From Capsulimonadales bacterium (lineage in GTDB: Bacteria > Armatimonadota > Armatimonadia > Armatimonadales > Armatimonadaceae), in NCBI GenBank assembly GCA_033762295.1, contig JANRLW010000064.1, positions 109,214 to 173,213 on the forward strand: a stretch of 64,000 bases of DNA. Direction: 5' to 3'. Within the stretch, counting starts at the first letter, position 1. The number at the start of each line of letters is the position of its first letter. The translations under genes were made by a program, and so were the position numbers. The notes beneath the pieces were generated by a model. That model saw nothing but the letters and a program-made list of their open reading frames with translations, ran no database searches and was not told the DNA's origin. Below, piece by piece: positions 27,157-37,529 of this stretch.

Positions 27157-28296
27157 CTAATCGAGGAGTTCGTAACGGGTGTTGCGGCGACGGGGGGTGT
27201 ATCCGGCATCGGTAATCAGGCGTTCGATGTCCTCCGGCGAGACGTGAAAGACACAACCGGCCGCCGACACGACGTTCTCCTCCATCATCGTGCTGCCGAA
27301 ATCGTCCACACCGTAGGACAGAGATAACTGGCCGATCTTCGGCCCCTGGGTCACCCAGGATGCCTGGATGTGCGGGAAGTTGTCCAGCATCACCCGACTG
27401 ACCGCGATCGTTCGCAGGTAATCGAAGGCCGTCGCGCGTGTCCCGCCCAGTTCGGTGCCGTCCGGCTGGTAACTCCAGGCGATGAAGGCGCGAAAATGCG
27501 CCGGGGAGGTCGCTCGCGACTCGTCCTGCAGATCGCGCAGTTTCATCAGGTGCTCGATCCGGTCCTCCGCTGTGTCGATCGAACCGTACATCATCGTCGC
27601 CGTGGAGTAAAGACCGACCCGGTGGGCGACCCGCATGCAATCCAGCCACTCCTCCGCCGTATCCTTGTAGGGCGAGATGAAGTTGCGGACGCGATCGGTC
27701 AGAATTTCCGCGCCGCCCCCCGGAATCGACGCCAGTCCCGCGGTCTTCAAACGAGTCAGCGTTTCCGCCATGCTCAGCTTGCTGATGTTCTTGATATAGA
27801 TCAGTTCGGCGGGCGAGAAGCAGTGAAGGATGACGTGCGGGAACCGCTCGCGCATCGACGACAGCAGATCCTCATACCATTCGATCTTGAGCTTCGGGTT
27901 CAGACCGCCCTGCATCAGCACCTCGACCCCCCCGACCTCGGTCAACTCCTGCAGCTTGGCGAAAATCTGTTCCTTCGTCAATACATAGCTTTCCCCGCTT
28001 TTATCACCGGGCGTACGGTAGAAGTTGCAGAACGAACAGCGGACCCAGCAGACATTGGTATAGTTGACGTTGCGCCCGACCACATAGGTGACGATCCGCT
28101 CCGGGTTCAGGCGGCGGCGAACGACGTCGGCGAGCAGGGAAAGGTCGGCCAGATTGGGATGCTGAAGGAGGCGCAAACCGTCCTCGGCGGAAAGGCGCAC
28201 CCCATCGAAGACCTTGTCCGCGATATCGGTGATATCGCTGTCGGGGCCGCGTCGGGTCGGAACGGTGACGGGCAGAACCGAATCGAGGAGGGGCAT
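27157..28296 (-). CDS. mqnC: Cyclic dehypoxanthinyl futalosine synthase (radical SAM)
   Basis: NVNYTNVCWVRCSFC.F, LMQGG.NP, IPGGGAEIL, HIQASWVTQG, DFGSTMMEENVVSAAG. Confidence 0.9.
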   Translation of the reverse strand: MPLLDSVLPVTVPTRRGPDSDITDIADKVFDGVRLSAEDGLRLLQHPNLADLSLLADVVRRRLNPERIVTYVVGRNVNYTNVCWVRCSFCNFYRTPGDKSGESYVLTKEQIFAKLQELTEVGGVEVLMQGGLNPKLKIEWYEDLLSSMRERFPHVILHCFSPAELIYIKNISKLSMAETLTRLKTAGLASIPGGGAEILTDRVRNFISPYKDTAEEWLDCMRVAHRVGLYSTATMMYGSIDTAEDRIEHLMKLRDLQDESRATSPAHFRAFIAWSYQPDGTELGGTRATAFDYLRTIAVSRVMLDNFPHIQASWVTQGPKIGQLSLSYGVDDFGSTMMEENVVSAAGCVFHVSPEDIERLITDAGYTPRRRNTRYELLD

Positions 28297-28342
28297 AACG
28301 GCGCCTTTCTAGTTTGTGCCGGAATTCACAATGTTATGCCGT

Positions 28343-28371
28343 AGTGTACTGCCGTGATTTCCGGTTGTCAA
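28343..28371 (-). promoter_or_regulatory. Sigma70 promoter of mqnC
   Basis: TTGACA-N17-TACACT on the minus strand. Confidence 0.7.
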
Positions 28372-28434
28372 GCCGGGCGGAAGATTCCCGTCGTCAAACG
28401 GGGATGTTCCGCCCGATTTCCGTGAGAAACCCGG

Positions 28435-30036
28435 TCAGGACAGTTCGACCGACAACGCCTCCTGGGTGATTTCGACGTTCCCGGAAACGGTGGAAACCGT
28501 CAGTTTGCCGGTTCCCGCGCCGATGGTGTCCGAAACGGTGATCAGCCCGGACGCCGACAGCGTCTTTTCCTTGCCGTCCGGTCCCCGGAAGGACGCCTTG
28601 ATATCGCCGCCCTTGGTCGTCACGTCGAGGGTGAGATCGGTCGCCTTCGGCAGACGGACGGCAATGTCGCCCGAAATGGCCGCCAGGAAGTACTTGCCGT
28701 TCGAAACGGATTTCCCCGGTTCCAGAGCGATGGTCCCGCTGACGGTTTCCAGGTTGGTATCCTGATCGAACGTGGTTTCGCCGACCTCGACATCCCCGGA
28801 AACCGACTTGACCCGCAGAGTCCGACCGGTGAGACTCCGGACTTCGGCATCGCCGGAGACCGTCTCCACCAGAACGGTCGGGATCGTCGCCGATGTGAGC
28901 GAAACGTCGCCGCTCTGTGAGGTCGCCTTGAACTGGTTTCCGGAGATACGAAGCGCCTTGATATCGCCGGACGCCGACGACGCCTGCACGTTGCCAAGGA
29001 TGCCTTCCACGGCGATATCCCCGGACGCGGTTTCGGCGGCGACATCGGCGGCGATTTCGGACGCGCGAGCGTCGCCGGACTGGGTCGCGACTACCACCGC
29101 CGCCTTCATCTGGCTGACCGAGACGTCTCCGGACGGCGAGAGAAGGGAGACACGCGCCGTTTTGGGGACGAACACTTTGAGGTGCAGCGAGACACGCCGG
29201 ACGCGCGGCGGATGCTGGACGGTGACGTTCGGGCCTTCCGGCGTCTGCTCCACCTGCAGCGAAATCTGGGAGGCCAGGGTTTCGGCGGTGGCTTTATCCT
29301 GCGCCCAGATCTTCAGAACCCCGGCGATACGCGCTTCGGGCACGTCCGCGCCCTGCGCCTCGATATCCCCCAGAGAGTTGCGAACGCGCAGCATCCCGCC
29401 CGAGGGGACCGGGGCGGTCGCTTCGCGCGGCGCGGAAACGGTCGGTTCGCCCTGCATGTCGGAAAGGTTGAGATGCAGGTCCAGATTCAAATCGCCGAGC
29501 GACGATCGGACCTGTCGGGCGACCCGTCGCGCCTGACGTCGAGCGGACGCCGCCAGCCGTTTCGGGTCGCGCAGCGCCTCCGCCAGCGTTCGTGCCGCCG
29601 GCACGTCCTTCAGCGCATCGGCGAGCGAATCCAGGGGATTGGGCGAGTCCTCGGCCTTGTTGATTTTTTCCTCGGCGGCATTGAGCTTTTCATGGACGCC
29701 GGCCACCTGTTCCTTGGCGTTGGCGATCCGGGCGCGTGCGCGCTCGAACGCCTCTCCGGTCGCGGCATCCGCCGGGGAGGGGGGCGCAGGGGTCGGTGGA
29801 ATCGGCGGGACGGGCGGAACCGGGGGGATCGGCGGTACGGGAACCTCGTCGAGTTCGACGCGGAACTGCGGAGGGGTAGGCACCCCGGCCGGCGGAGGCG
29901 GCGGAACCGGAGCCGGCGGCACGGCGGAACGTTGTTCGCTTTTATCGACCGCGCTGAGCAGTTCGGCTGCTTGCTCGGCGGTGATCGTGCCCTCCTGCAG
30001 CATCTTCAGAATCATCAGGTTTTCTTCACGGGCCAT
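28435..30036 (-). CDS. SHOCT-like N-terminus plus DUF4097 beta-strand repeat protein (YvlB/LiaX-like)
   Basis: EENLMILKMLQEGTITAEQAAELL; Pro-rich linker; many (T/S)xSGD(I/V) repeats. Confidence 0.85.
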   Translation of the reverse strand: MAREENLMILKMLQEGTITAEQAAELLSAVDKSEQRSAVPPAPVPPPPPAGVPTPPQFRVELDEVPVPPIPPVPPVPPIPPTPAPPSPADAATGEAFERARARIANAKEQVAGVHEKLNAAEEKINKAEDSPNPLDSLADALKDVPAARTLAEALRDPKRLAASARRQARRVARQVRSSLGDLNLDLHLNLSDMQGEPTVSAPREATAPVPSGGMLRVRNSLGDIEAQGADVPEARIAGVLKIWAQDKATAETLASQISLQVEQTPEGPNVTVQHPPRVRRVSLHLKVFVPKTARVSLLSPSGDVSVSQMKAAVVVATQSGDARASEIAADVAAETASGDIAVEGILGNVQASSASGDIKALRISGNQFKATSQSGDVSLTSATIPTVLVETVSGDAEVRSLTGRTLRVKSVSGDVEVGETTFDQDTNLETVSGTIALEPGKSVSNGKYFLAAISGDIAVRLPKATDLTLDVTTKGGDIKASFRGPDGKEKTLSASGLITVSDTIGAGTGKLTVSTVSGNVEITQEALSVELS

Positions 30037-30273
30037 AGTCAGGAATCCTTTCGGAAGGTTAACGGTAGGAGATCAACCCGAGCGGCGCGGGACGACCGAC
30101 CGGGACCGCGCCGCGCGAACCACGGTGTCGGACGGACTCGACGGGTGCCGCAGGGACCGCCGTCCCGGTTTCGGAGCGCGTTTCGGGAGAACGTCGGACA
30201 GGGGGAAGGGTGTTGACAGGCGGCGGAACCGGCTGTGAGGGTGTGTTTTCTTTCATCTTTCACCAGGTTAACT

Positions 30274-30666
30274 TCATAGGTGGCGCAGGCGTTCGGCGGC
30301 CTCCTCCGGCGAAAGGAGGCCCGACTCCACCTGCGTCAGCAACGTACGTCTCTGTTCCGCTGCCGTGTCATCGTTCGCTTCGTGGCGAAGCGCCGCTTCC
30401 AGCGCTTCCACCGCGGCATCGAGTCGAGCGCGGACCGTCGGATAGGAGATACCCAGCGCCCGCTCCACATCCCGTATCACCCCACGACAGAGCACAAACG
30501 TCTCAATAAACGCCTGATGCTCGGGCGCGACACGGGCCAGCGCCGTTGCGGAAAACCGTCCGGCTAGCCGGGTCCGGCACTCCGTGCAGGTCAACTCGGT
30601 AATCTCCAGCGATGCCTCACAGACCGGACAGGCGGTCAGGGAGCGTCGCTCCGCGCGTTTCGTCAT
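30274..30666 (-). CDS. DUF2089 protein (Zn ribbon, HTH, SHOCT-like)
   Basis: CPVC...CTEC, LGISYPTVRARLD, GLLSPEEAAERL. Confidence 0.88.
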   Translation of the reverse strand: MTKRAERRSLTACPVCEASLEITELTCTECRTRLAGRFSATALARVAPEHQAFIETFVLCRGVIRDVERALGISYPTVRARLDAAVEALEAALRHEANDDTAAEQRRTLLTQVESGLLSPEEAAERLRHL

Positions 30667-30787
30667 CTCAAGGACACCCTTCCTCCTCTCCACGTTACCA
30701 TCGATCCTTAAAAAAATTGAGTTCGACCTGAAAAAAATCAATACGATACGCGATTTTTGGTGCGGAACCGTTTATTGTTCGCTGTCC

Positions 30788-30815
30788 GTCGAACGATAAG
30801 GAAGTGAAGTTCGAC
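30788..30815. promoter_or_regulatory. Candidate operator in a divergent promoter region
   Basis: GTCGAAC-N14-GTTCGAC inverted repeat; further GTTCGAC at 30721. Confidence 0.35.
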
Positions 30816-30834
30816 ATTGATCTAAGGAGTTTTC

Positions 30835-31995
30835 ATGAAGTCCATCGAACCGAACGAGCGGCGTGTCGCCGCCCGGCGACAGACCGCCGTCCGACACCGA
30901 CATACCGGCGATTCCCTCCTGCGATGCCCCGGAACGACCCGTCTCGACGGCTCCGACGTCCCGTCGCTGGTCGGGATGTACCTGGGGCATCGATCCCCGA
31001 TCGACCTCCGAAGCGCCGATCTGCGGGGCGCGGACCTGACCGATGCGGATGTGACCGGACGGGACCTTTCGGATGCGGACCTGACCGGCTGCCGGTTGAC
31101 CGGGGTCCGGTACGATCGATTCACCCGCTGGCCCTCCGGGTTCGACCCGAGCCTGGCCGGGACGGTCTTCGTTCGCCCCGACCTCGGCGGGATTCGATGG
31201 GCGGGCCGCGACCTGTCGGGTGAGGATCTGACCGGGGCGAACCTGCGGGGCGCGGAATTGGTCGACGCCAACCTGCGGCACGCACTCCTGAACGGAGCGC
31301 AGATGAACGGCGCGAACCTCTGCGGCGCCGACCTGACGGGAGCCGATCTGACCGATGCCGTACTGGCCGGGATACGCTCCGACGAACGGACCGTCTGGCC
31401 GGACGGGTTCGATCCGAAAGCGGCGGAGACGCCGAAGGAAGTTCCGCTGACGCTGGATCGACTGACGGCCTTTCTGAAAACGATCGCCGATCCCGCTCGT
31501 CTGAAGATTCTCGGTTTTGTTTCGGCGGAGGAAGCGACGGTGGAGGAGATTGCCGATGCGCTCGAACTGGCCGAAGCGACCGTCTCCCACCATCTGGCCC
31601 GCCTGAAAGTGGAAGGACTGGTGACCGTTCGCCCGGACGGAACCCGGCGGCCGCACCGAACCGATACCGAACGCCTGAACGGAATGCTGTCGAACCTGCC
31701 GAAAGAGATCGTTCGCCTGGCCCGCGGCGGAGCGGACCCGGTCGTTTTCGAGAACAAAGTGCTGGAAACGTTCTTCGACGGAGAGCGACTGCGCGAACTC
31801 CCCGCCCGCAGCATGAAGAAACAGCGGATCGTCCTGCAGCGGATCGTGCGGAGTTTCGAACCGGGGGAGCGCTATCCGGAAAAGCAGGTCAACGAGATCC
31901 TGAAGAAGCACCATCCGGATTTCGCGACATTGCGGCGATACCTGGTCGATTACCGTTTCATGGCGCGAGAGAATAATGTCTACTGGCGTCTTTAG
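30835..31995 (+). CDS. Pentapeptide-repeat / ArsR-type HTH / DUF2087 fusion protein
   Basis: A(D/N)LxG repeats; LKTIADPARLKIL...EATVSHHLARL; YPEKQVNEIL...DFATLRRYLVDY. Confidence 0.85.
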   Translation: MKSIEPNERRVAARRQTAVRHRHTGDSLLRCPGTTRLDGSDVPSLVGMYLGHRSPIDLRSADLRGADLTDADVTGRDLSDADLTGCRLTGVRYDRFTRWPSGFDPSLAGTVFVRPDLGGIRWAGRDLSGEDLTGANLRGAELVDANLRHALLNGAQMNGANLCGADLTGADLTDAVLAGIRSDERTVWPDGFDPKAAETPKEVPLTLDRLTAFLKTIADPARLKILGFVSAEEATVEEIADALELAEATVSHHLARLKVEGLVTVRPDGTRRPHRTDTERLNGMLSNLPKEIVRLARGGADPVVFENKVLETFFDGERLRELPARSMKKQRIVLQRIVRSFEPGERYPEKQVNEILKKHHPDFATLRRYLVDYRFMARENNVYWRL

Positions 31996-32033
31996 GCGCG
32001 AAAAACGGCGGCGGCGGCGATAAAATACCGGAT

Positions 32034-33932
32034 ATGTCCATGCCCGAAACCTCGTCGCCGATCGCCGTCGCCATCGAATTGACGCTGAGCGAACGGCTCG
32101 CCACCCTCCCCCCCAACCCGGGCTGTTATCTCTACAAGGATAAGGACGGAACGGTGATCTACGTCGGAAAAGCCGTCCACCTCAAAAATCGCGTCCGGTC
32201 CTATTTCCAAAAGTCGGCCAACCACTCCCCGAAGACCAGGCGTCTGGTCGCCCAGATCGCCGACATGGAGATCATCGTCACCGATACCGAACTGGAAGCG
32301 CTGGTGCTGGAATGTAACCTGATCAAGAAATACCGGCCCAAGTATAATGTTCGTCTGCGCGATGATAAGCAATATCCCTACCTGATGCTGACCACCGCCG
32401 AACCGTTCCCCCGTCTCCTCGTCACGCGCCGCGTGAAACAGGGAGACGGAAACCGCTATTTCGGCCCCTACACCAACTCGTTCGCCGTCCGTGAAATGTC
32501 GCAGATGGCGCATACGCTGTTTCCTCTTGTGACGTGTAAAAAATACTGGACGAATCGCCAGGAGCAGCGCCCCTGTCTCTACCACCATATGGGGCGATGC
32601 CCGGAAGCGCCGTGTGCGGGAATGGCCGACCGCGAGCGGTACTGGGAAGGGGTTCGGGAAGCGGAGCAGTTTTTGGAAGGGCGGCACGATCGGCTATCGA
32701 AGGAACTTGAACGCCAGATGGAGGCCGCCGCCGAGGATCTTCAGTTCGAACGGGCGGCCAAACTCCGGGATCGGATGCAGGCGGTCCGCACGATCAGCGA
32801 AAAACAGAAGGTCGTCAGCACCCATACGGGGGATCAGGATGTCATGGCGGTCGTCGCCGATGATTCCGGCGCGGCGGTGCAGATGTTTTTCGTCCGCGCC
32901 GGAAAACTGGTCGGGCAGGAGACATTTCTGCTCGACGGAACCGAAGGGGAGAACGGCGTTCAGGAGGCGACCGCCGAGTTCCTGAAACAGTACTATCAGG
33001 ACGCCGCCTTCGTGCCCGCCGAAATCCTGTTGCCGACCTATGTCGAGGAGGCGGAGATCATCGAGTCCTGGCTCCGGCAGAAGAAGGGGACGAAAGTCGC
33101 GCTGACCGTGCCGAAGCAGGGCGAGAAGAAGCGTCTGATCGAGATGGCGGCGACGAACGCCCAGCTGGCGCTCGAACAGGTCCGCGCGACCGCCGCCGCC
33201 GAACAGAGTCGCATCGAGAGCGCATTGCGCGAACTGGCCGATGCCCTCGGGATGCCCGATAACCCCCTCCGGCGTATCGAGGCATACGATAACTCCAATG
33301 TTCAGGGACGTCATGCGGTTGGCGGCATGATCGTGTTCGAGCAGGGAAAGCCTAAAAAAAGCGAATACCGACGCTTCAAAATCGAGCAGTCGGAGGGCGA
33401 TCCGAACGACTTCGCGATGATGTTCGAAATGCTGACCCGGCGATTCAACCGGATGTCGGACGGCAGCGCCAAATTCGCCGCCGAACCCGACCTGATCCTG
33501 ATCGACGGCGGCAAAGGGCAATTATCGGCGGCGCAGGCGGCGATGAAACAGTTCGGCTACGATTTCCCGATGATCGGTCTGGCCAAACAGTTCGAGCAGG
33601 TCTTCCTCCCGAACGAACCCGAACCGATCGAGTTCGCCCGGAACTCGCCGGCGTTGTTTTTGTTACAGCGAGTGCGGGACGAAGTGCATCGTTTCGCCAT
33701 CGCGTACCACCGTAACGTCCGGGGCCGTGCCGCCCGGATGTCCGTGCTGGACGAAATCCCCGGAATCGGACCCCTTCGTCGCCGGGAACTGCTCCGCTTT
33801 TTCGGATCGGTAGAAAAGATGCGCCAGGCCTCGGTCGAGGACTTGATGAAAGCGCCCGGAATGAATCGGAAAGTCGCGCAGGACGTTTTTGAGCATTTGC
33901 AGGGGGCCGACAAAGGAAAGTCGTCGAAGTGA
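32034..33932 (+). CDS. uvrC: Excinuclease ABC subunit C
   Basis: GIY-YIG PGCYLYKD...IYVGKA..LKNRVRSYF; UVR domain; RIEAYDNS, LIDGGKGQ, RDEVHRFA; HhH. Confidence 0.97.
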   Translation: MSMPETSSPIAVAIELTLSERLATLPPNPGCYLYKDKDGTVIYVGKAVHLKNRVRSYFQKSANHSPKTRRLVAQIADMEIIVTDTELEALVLECNLIKKYRPKYNVRLRDDKQYPYLMLTTAEPFPRLLVTRRVKQGDGNRYFGPYTNSFAVREMSQMAHTLFPLVTCKKYWTNRQEQRPCLYHHMGRCPEAPCAGMADRERYWEGVREAEQFLEGRHDRLSKELERQMEAAAEDLQFERAAKLRDRMQAVRTISEKQKVVSTHTGDQDVMAVVADDSGAAVQMFFVRAGKLVGQETFLLDGTEGENGVQEATAEFLKQYYQDAAFVPAEILLPTYVEEAEIIESWLRQKKGTKVALTVPKQGEKKRLIEMAATNAQLALEQVRATAAAEQSRIESALRELADALGMPDNPLRRIEAYDNSNVQGRHAVGGMIVFEQGKPKKSEYRRFKIEQSEGDPNDFAMMFEMLTRRFNRMSDGSAKFAAEPDLILIDGGKGQLSAAQAAMKQFGYDFPMIGLAKQFEQVFLPNEPEPIEFARNSPALFLLQRVRDEVHRFAIAYHRNVRGRAARMSVLDEIPGIGPLRRRELLRFFGSVEKMRQASVEDLMKAPGMNRKVAQDVFEHLQGADKGKSSK

Positions 33933-34045
33933 GACAAAAGATGGATCGGTCGCCTTGAACTTTCCGGCGGTGACGTTTGTAGAACTGCCCGGAGGAACAA
34001 AGCGAAACGATGTTTGCTTTTGAAGGCCGTTTTTTCGGGAGGAAC

Positions 34046-34609
34046 ATGACGGAGCGAGAACGGTTTGCCCAGATCGCCAAGCAGTGCGAGGCGGCGTTGA
34101 TGCGCGCGGCGCTGCGTCTTTGTCGTGGCGGCAATGACTGTGCTCAGGAACTGGTACAGGAGGCGCTGGTCAGAGGATACGAGGCGTTTCGCGCCGGTAA
34201 GTTCCGCGAAGGGTTCAGTCCTTCCGCCTGGCTGACGCGGATCCTGACCAACAATTTCATCAACGAATATCGCCGGAAGCAAAAGTGGGACGCCGGGGTC
34301 GATGTCGACACCCTGACCGCGGGTGGCGAGGTGGGACCGGAAAGTACCCGCGCCCGCGCCTCCGAGGTGCCCGAATCGGCGCTCCTGGAGGGGGAGTTTG
34401 ACGAACCGCTCGAAAAGGCGCTCAACGCGTTGCCCGAAGGTTTGCGAATCGTGGTGCTCCTGGTCGACGTCGAGGAACGCTCCTATCAGGAAGCCGCCGA
34501 ACTGTTAAAAATTCCGGTCGGTACGGTCCGTTCGCGGTTGTCACGCGCCCGGTACGCTTTACAGGATATGCTGAAGGAATATGCGCGAAACCGAAGGATC
34601 ATCTCATGA
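34046..34609 (+). CDS. ECF RNA polymerase sigma factor
   Basis: AQELVQE...AWLTRILTN.FIN; SYQEAAELLKIPVGTVRSRLSRAR; GGAGG RBS. Confidence 0.92.
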   Translation: MTERERFAQIAKQCEAALMRAALRLCRGGNDCAQELVQEALVRGYEAFRAGKFREGFSPSAWLTRILTNNFINEYRRKQKWDAGVDVDTLTAGGEVGPESTRARASEVPESALLEGEFDEPLEKALNALPEGLRIVVLLVDVEERSYQEAAELLKIPVGTVRSRLSRARYALQDMLKEYARNRRIIS

Positions 34610-34935
34610 AAAACTGGTTATATCAATGGCTCGATTCTCTCTTTCCGCATACCAAGGACAGTGAAACGCCCTGCCCGCACATGAAGGGCGTGTTGAGCGA
34701 ACTCTCGGATGACACCGCTTCCGGCCCGAAACGCTGGTACGCGGTGCAGCATGTGGCCGGATGTCCCGGTTGTTCGCGGACACTCGAACGATTGCGCTTG
34801 CTGCGGCAGCGTCTGCAGGGATTGAACCGGGAAGCGGAACCGTCCGAGAAGGAAAAGGTGATGCCCCTGTCCCCGGAACGTCGTGCCGCCGTCGAGGCAG
34901 CCTGGGCAAAACTGGATGAAACCTCCCCGAGATAG
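34606..34935 (+). CDS. Zinc-binding anti-sigma factor (ZAS/zf-HC2), soluble
   Basis: HVAGCPGC (HxxxCxxC); ATGA overlap with the sigma stop; no TM. Confidence 0.75.
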   Translation: MKNWLYQWLDSLFPHTKDSETPCPHMKGVLSELSDDTASGPKRWYAVQHVAGCPGCSRTLERLRLLRQRLQGLNREAEPSEKEKVMPLSPERRAAVEAAWAKLDETSPR

Positions 34936-35099
34936 CCGGGGAAAGGAGGATTCCTCCGCATAACGGAAAACGGATGGAGGGCGGGACCGTCCTCGATCTT
35001 TCGCCGAACTGTCTGCAGAGGGACCGGTCGGCAGGAAGGCTTCCGTGCCGCGCCGAACCGTAAAGACGTTCATCTCCCCGAAAAGGAACGAAACGGATT

Positions 35100-36890
35100 A
35101 TGACGGGAAATCGGCTCAAAGGGCGCCTGCCAAAGATCGGCATCCGTCCGACCATCGACGGTCGCTACGGCGGCGTGCGCGAATCGCTCGAAGATATCAC
35201 AATGAATATGGCACGGGCGACCGCGCAGCTGCTGATCGATAACCTGCAGCATGCCTGCGGCCTTCCGGTGGAGGTCGTCCTGGCGGACACCTGTATCGGC
35301 GGCGCGGCGGAGGCGGCGGAGTGCGCCGAGAAGTTCGCGCGCGAAGGCGTCGGTGTCCACATCACCGTGACCCCGTGCTGGTGCTACGGTTCCGAGACGA
35401 TGGCGCTCGAACCCGACCTGCCGACGGCGGTCTGGGGATTCAACGGGACCGAACGCCCCGGAGCGGTCTACCTGGCCGCCGTCCTTGCCGGACACAATCA
35501 GAAAGGGCTGCCGGCATTCGGAATCTACGGTCGGGACGTGCAGGACGCCGGGGACGCCAATATTCCGGCCGATGTCGCGGCAAAGCTTCTTCAGTTTGCC
35601 CGCGCCGGTCTGGCCGTGGCGACCATGCGCGGGACCTCCTATCTGGCGATGGGCGGCGTCTCCATGGGAATCGCCGGGTCCGTCGTCGATCCGACCTTCT
35701 TTGAAACCTTTCTCGGAATGCGCTCCGAAACCATCGACATGACGGAGTTCATCCGGCGGATGGAGCGCGGCATCTACGATCGGGACGAGTACGAACGCGC
35801 TCTGGCCTGGGTAAGGACGAACTGCCGCGAAGGCAAGGATTGGAACACCGAGGACAAAAAACGTTCGCGCGAGCAGCTGGATCGAGAGTGGGAACAGTGC
35901 GTCCGAATGGCTCTGATCGCTCGTGACCTGATGATCGGAAACCCGAAACTGGCCGAGATGGGCTTTGTCGAGGAGTCGCGGGGGCATAATGCCCTGGCGA
36001 GCGGCTTCCAGGGACAGCGGCAATGGACTGATCACTTCCCGAACGGCGATTTTTTGGAAGCCATCCTGACCTCCTCGTTCGACTGGAACGGCATCCGGCA
36101 GCCGTATATGGTCGCGACGGAAAACGATGCTCTCAACGGTGCGTCCATGCTCTTCGGACACCTGCTCACCGGCGGAACCGCCCAGCTGTTCGCCGACGTT
36201 CGAACGTACTGGTCACCGGAAGCCGTCCGGCGGGTCACCGGACATGAACTCACGGAAAGGGCGGCGGGCGGCATCCTCCACCTGATCAACTCCGGCCCGG
36301 CGGCGCTCGATTGGACCGGCGAACAGACCGAGGACGGAAAACCGGCGCTCAAGCCGTTCAACCGGATCACCGAAGCCGAGGCGCAGGCGTGCCTCGACGC
36401 GACCCGCTGGTGTCCGTCGATGTCCGAGTATTTCCCCGGTGGCGGCTGGTCCACCGACTTCACGACCCGTGGCGGGATGCCCGTGACCATGTTCCGGATC
36501 AATCTCGTCAAGGGACTGGGGCCGGTTCTCCAGATTGCCGAGGGCTACACCGTCGATCTGCCGGAAGAGGTGCATCGCGCCCTGGACGAGCGGACCAACC
36601 CGACCTGGCCGACCACCTGGTTCGTGCCGAATGTCACCGGGCAGGGCGCGTTTACCGATGCCTACACGGTCATGCTTCACTGGGGCGCGAACCACGGCGC
36701 GATCTCCTACGGCCATATCGGTGGCGATCTCATCACTCTGGCCTCCATGCTGCGGATTCCCGTCGATATGCACAACGTCCCGACCGAACGGGTCTTCCGA
36801 CCGTCCGCCTGGATGCGGTTCGGTAGCGGAATGGACGAAACGGGCGCCGATTACCGGGCCTGCGCCGTCTACGGACCGCTGTACGGCTGA
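35100..36890 (+). CDS. fucI: L-fucose isomerase
   Basis: [62 protein letters not shown]. Confidence 0.96.
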   Translation: MTGNRLKGRLPKIGIRPTIDGRYGGVRESLEDITMNMARATAQLLIDNLQHACGLPVEVVLADTCIGGAAEAAECAEKFAREGVGVHITVTPCWCYGSETMALEPDLPTAVWGFNGTERPGAVYLAAVLAGHNQKGLPAFGIYGRDVQDAGDANIPADVAAKLLQFARAGLAVATMRGTSYLAMGGVSMGIAGSVVDPTFFETFLGMRSETIDMTEFIRRMERGIYDRDEYERALAWVRTNCREGKDWNTEDKKRSREQLDREWEQCVRMALIARDLMIGNPKLAEMGFVEESRGHNALASGFQGQRQWTDHFPNGDFLEAILTSSFDWNGIRQPYMVATENDALNGASMLFGHLLTGGTAQLFADVRTYWSPEAVRRVTGHELTERAAGGILHLINSGPAALDWTGEQTEDGKPALKPFNRITEAEAQACLDATRWCPSMSEYFPGGGWSTDFTTRGGMPVTMFRINLVKGLGPVLQIAEGYTVDLPEEVHRALDERTNPTWPTTWFVPNVTGQGAFTDAYTVMLHWGANHGAISYGHIGGDLITLASMLRIPVDMHNVPTERVFRPSAWMRFGSGMDETGADYRACAVYGPLYG

Positions 36891-36954
36891 ATACGACCGG
36901 GGACCGATCTTTTCTCGAACGGAGGCGGGGGAACGGTTCCCGGAAGGTGTGCAA

Positions 36955-36975
36955 TATACCCCCGGGTGGTATAAT
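36955..36975 (+). promoter_or_regulatory. CsoR-type operator overlapping an extended -10 promoter
   Basis: TATACC-CCCGGGT-GGTATA inverted repeat around a C/G tract; TG-G-TATAAT at 36967-36975. Confidence 0.7.
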
Positions 36976-36981
36976 GCCTCC

Positions 36982-37470
36982 GTGACACAGCGTGGATTCC
37001 GGTTCCGGCTCCCGATCGCGGTGATTCTGGCGGCTTTCCTTATCGGATCGCTACCATTGCCGCAAGTGCGGGCAATCTATCGCCCGCACCGGCCCGGTGC
37101 GACGACCGTTGGGACGACCGTTGCGACGACCGTTGCGACTCCCAATTCGGCCCGGTGCGCGATGAAGGCGGCCGGGAAGCCGTGCTGCTGTCCGTCGGCG
37201 CTCGCCGGGCCGACCGGGGACACCCCTTCCGAGGAGGTGGCATGTCCTTGCGCCCTGGGCTCCGGCGAACCCCTGCCACCCGACCCGACGACCTCCGTTC
37301 CGGTGTCTCCTTCCCCGGCGGACTCTCCGACGCGAAGTCACATCTGCACGCCGGCGAATCGGGGGCAGGAGCCTCCGCTTTCGCCGGCGACCAACTTCGA
37401 CCCCGTCCCCTTCCGATCCGGAGAGCGTCCGCCCGACGCCGGACGCGCCCCGCCTTCGCCTGACGCGTAA
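36982..37470 (+). CDS. Cys-rich leader protein with C-terminal RAPP motif (DUF2946/CruR/CutF-like)
   Basis: GTG 6 nt after -10; hydrophobic N-terminus; C..KPCCCP...CPC; Pro-rich tail ending GRAPPSPDA*. Confidence 0.7.
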   Translation: MTQRGFRFRLPIAVILAAFLIGSLPLPQVRAIYRPHRPGATTVGTTVATTVATPNSARCAMKAAGKPCCCPSALAGPTGDTPSEEVACPCALGSGEPLPPDPTTSVPVSPSPADSPTRSHICTPANRGQEPPLSPATNFDPVPFRSGERPPDAGRAPPSPDA

Positions 37471-37529
37471 CGTTGTCTCGGCGGCCTGTTTTCGCGCCGC
37501 CACCGTGTCCACGCTCAGGAGAGGTTTCC

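Noticed and set aside
30039..30263. Small ORFs between the DUF2089 and DUF4097 genes
   Set aside because: Two overlapping low-complexity candidates with no clear RBS or motif; neither can be supported.
37099..37139. 12-bp tandem repeat (GCGACGACCGTT x3) as a CRISPR-like or regulatory repeat
   Set aside because: An in-frame coding repeat (ATTV/GTTV) in a linker, with no spacers.
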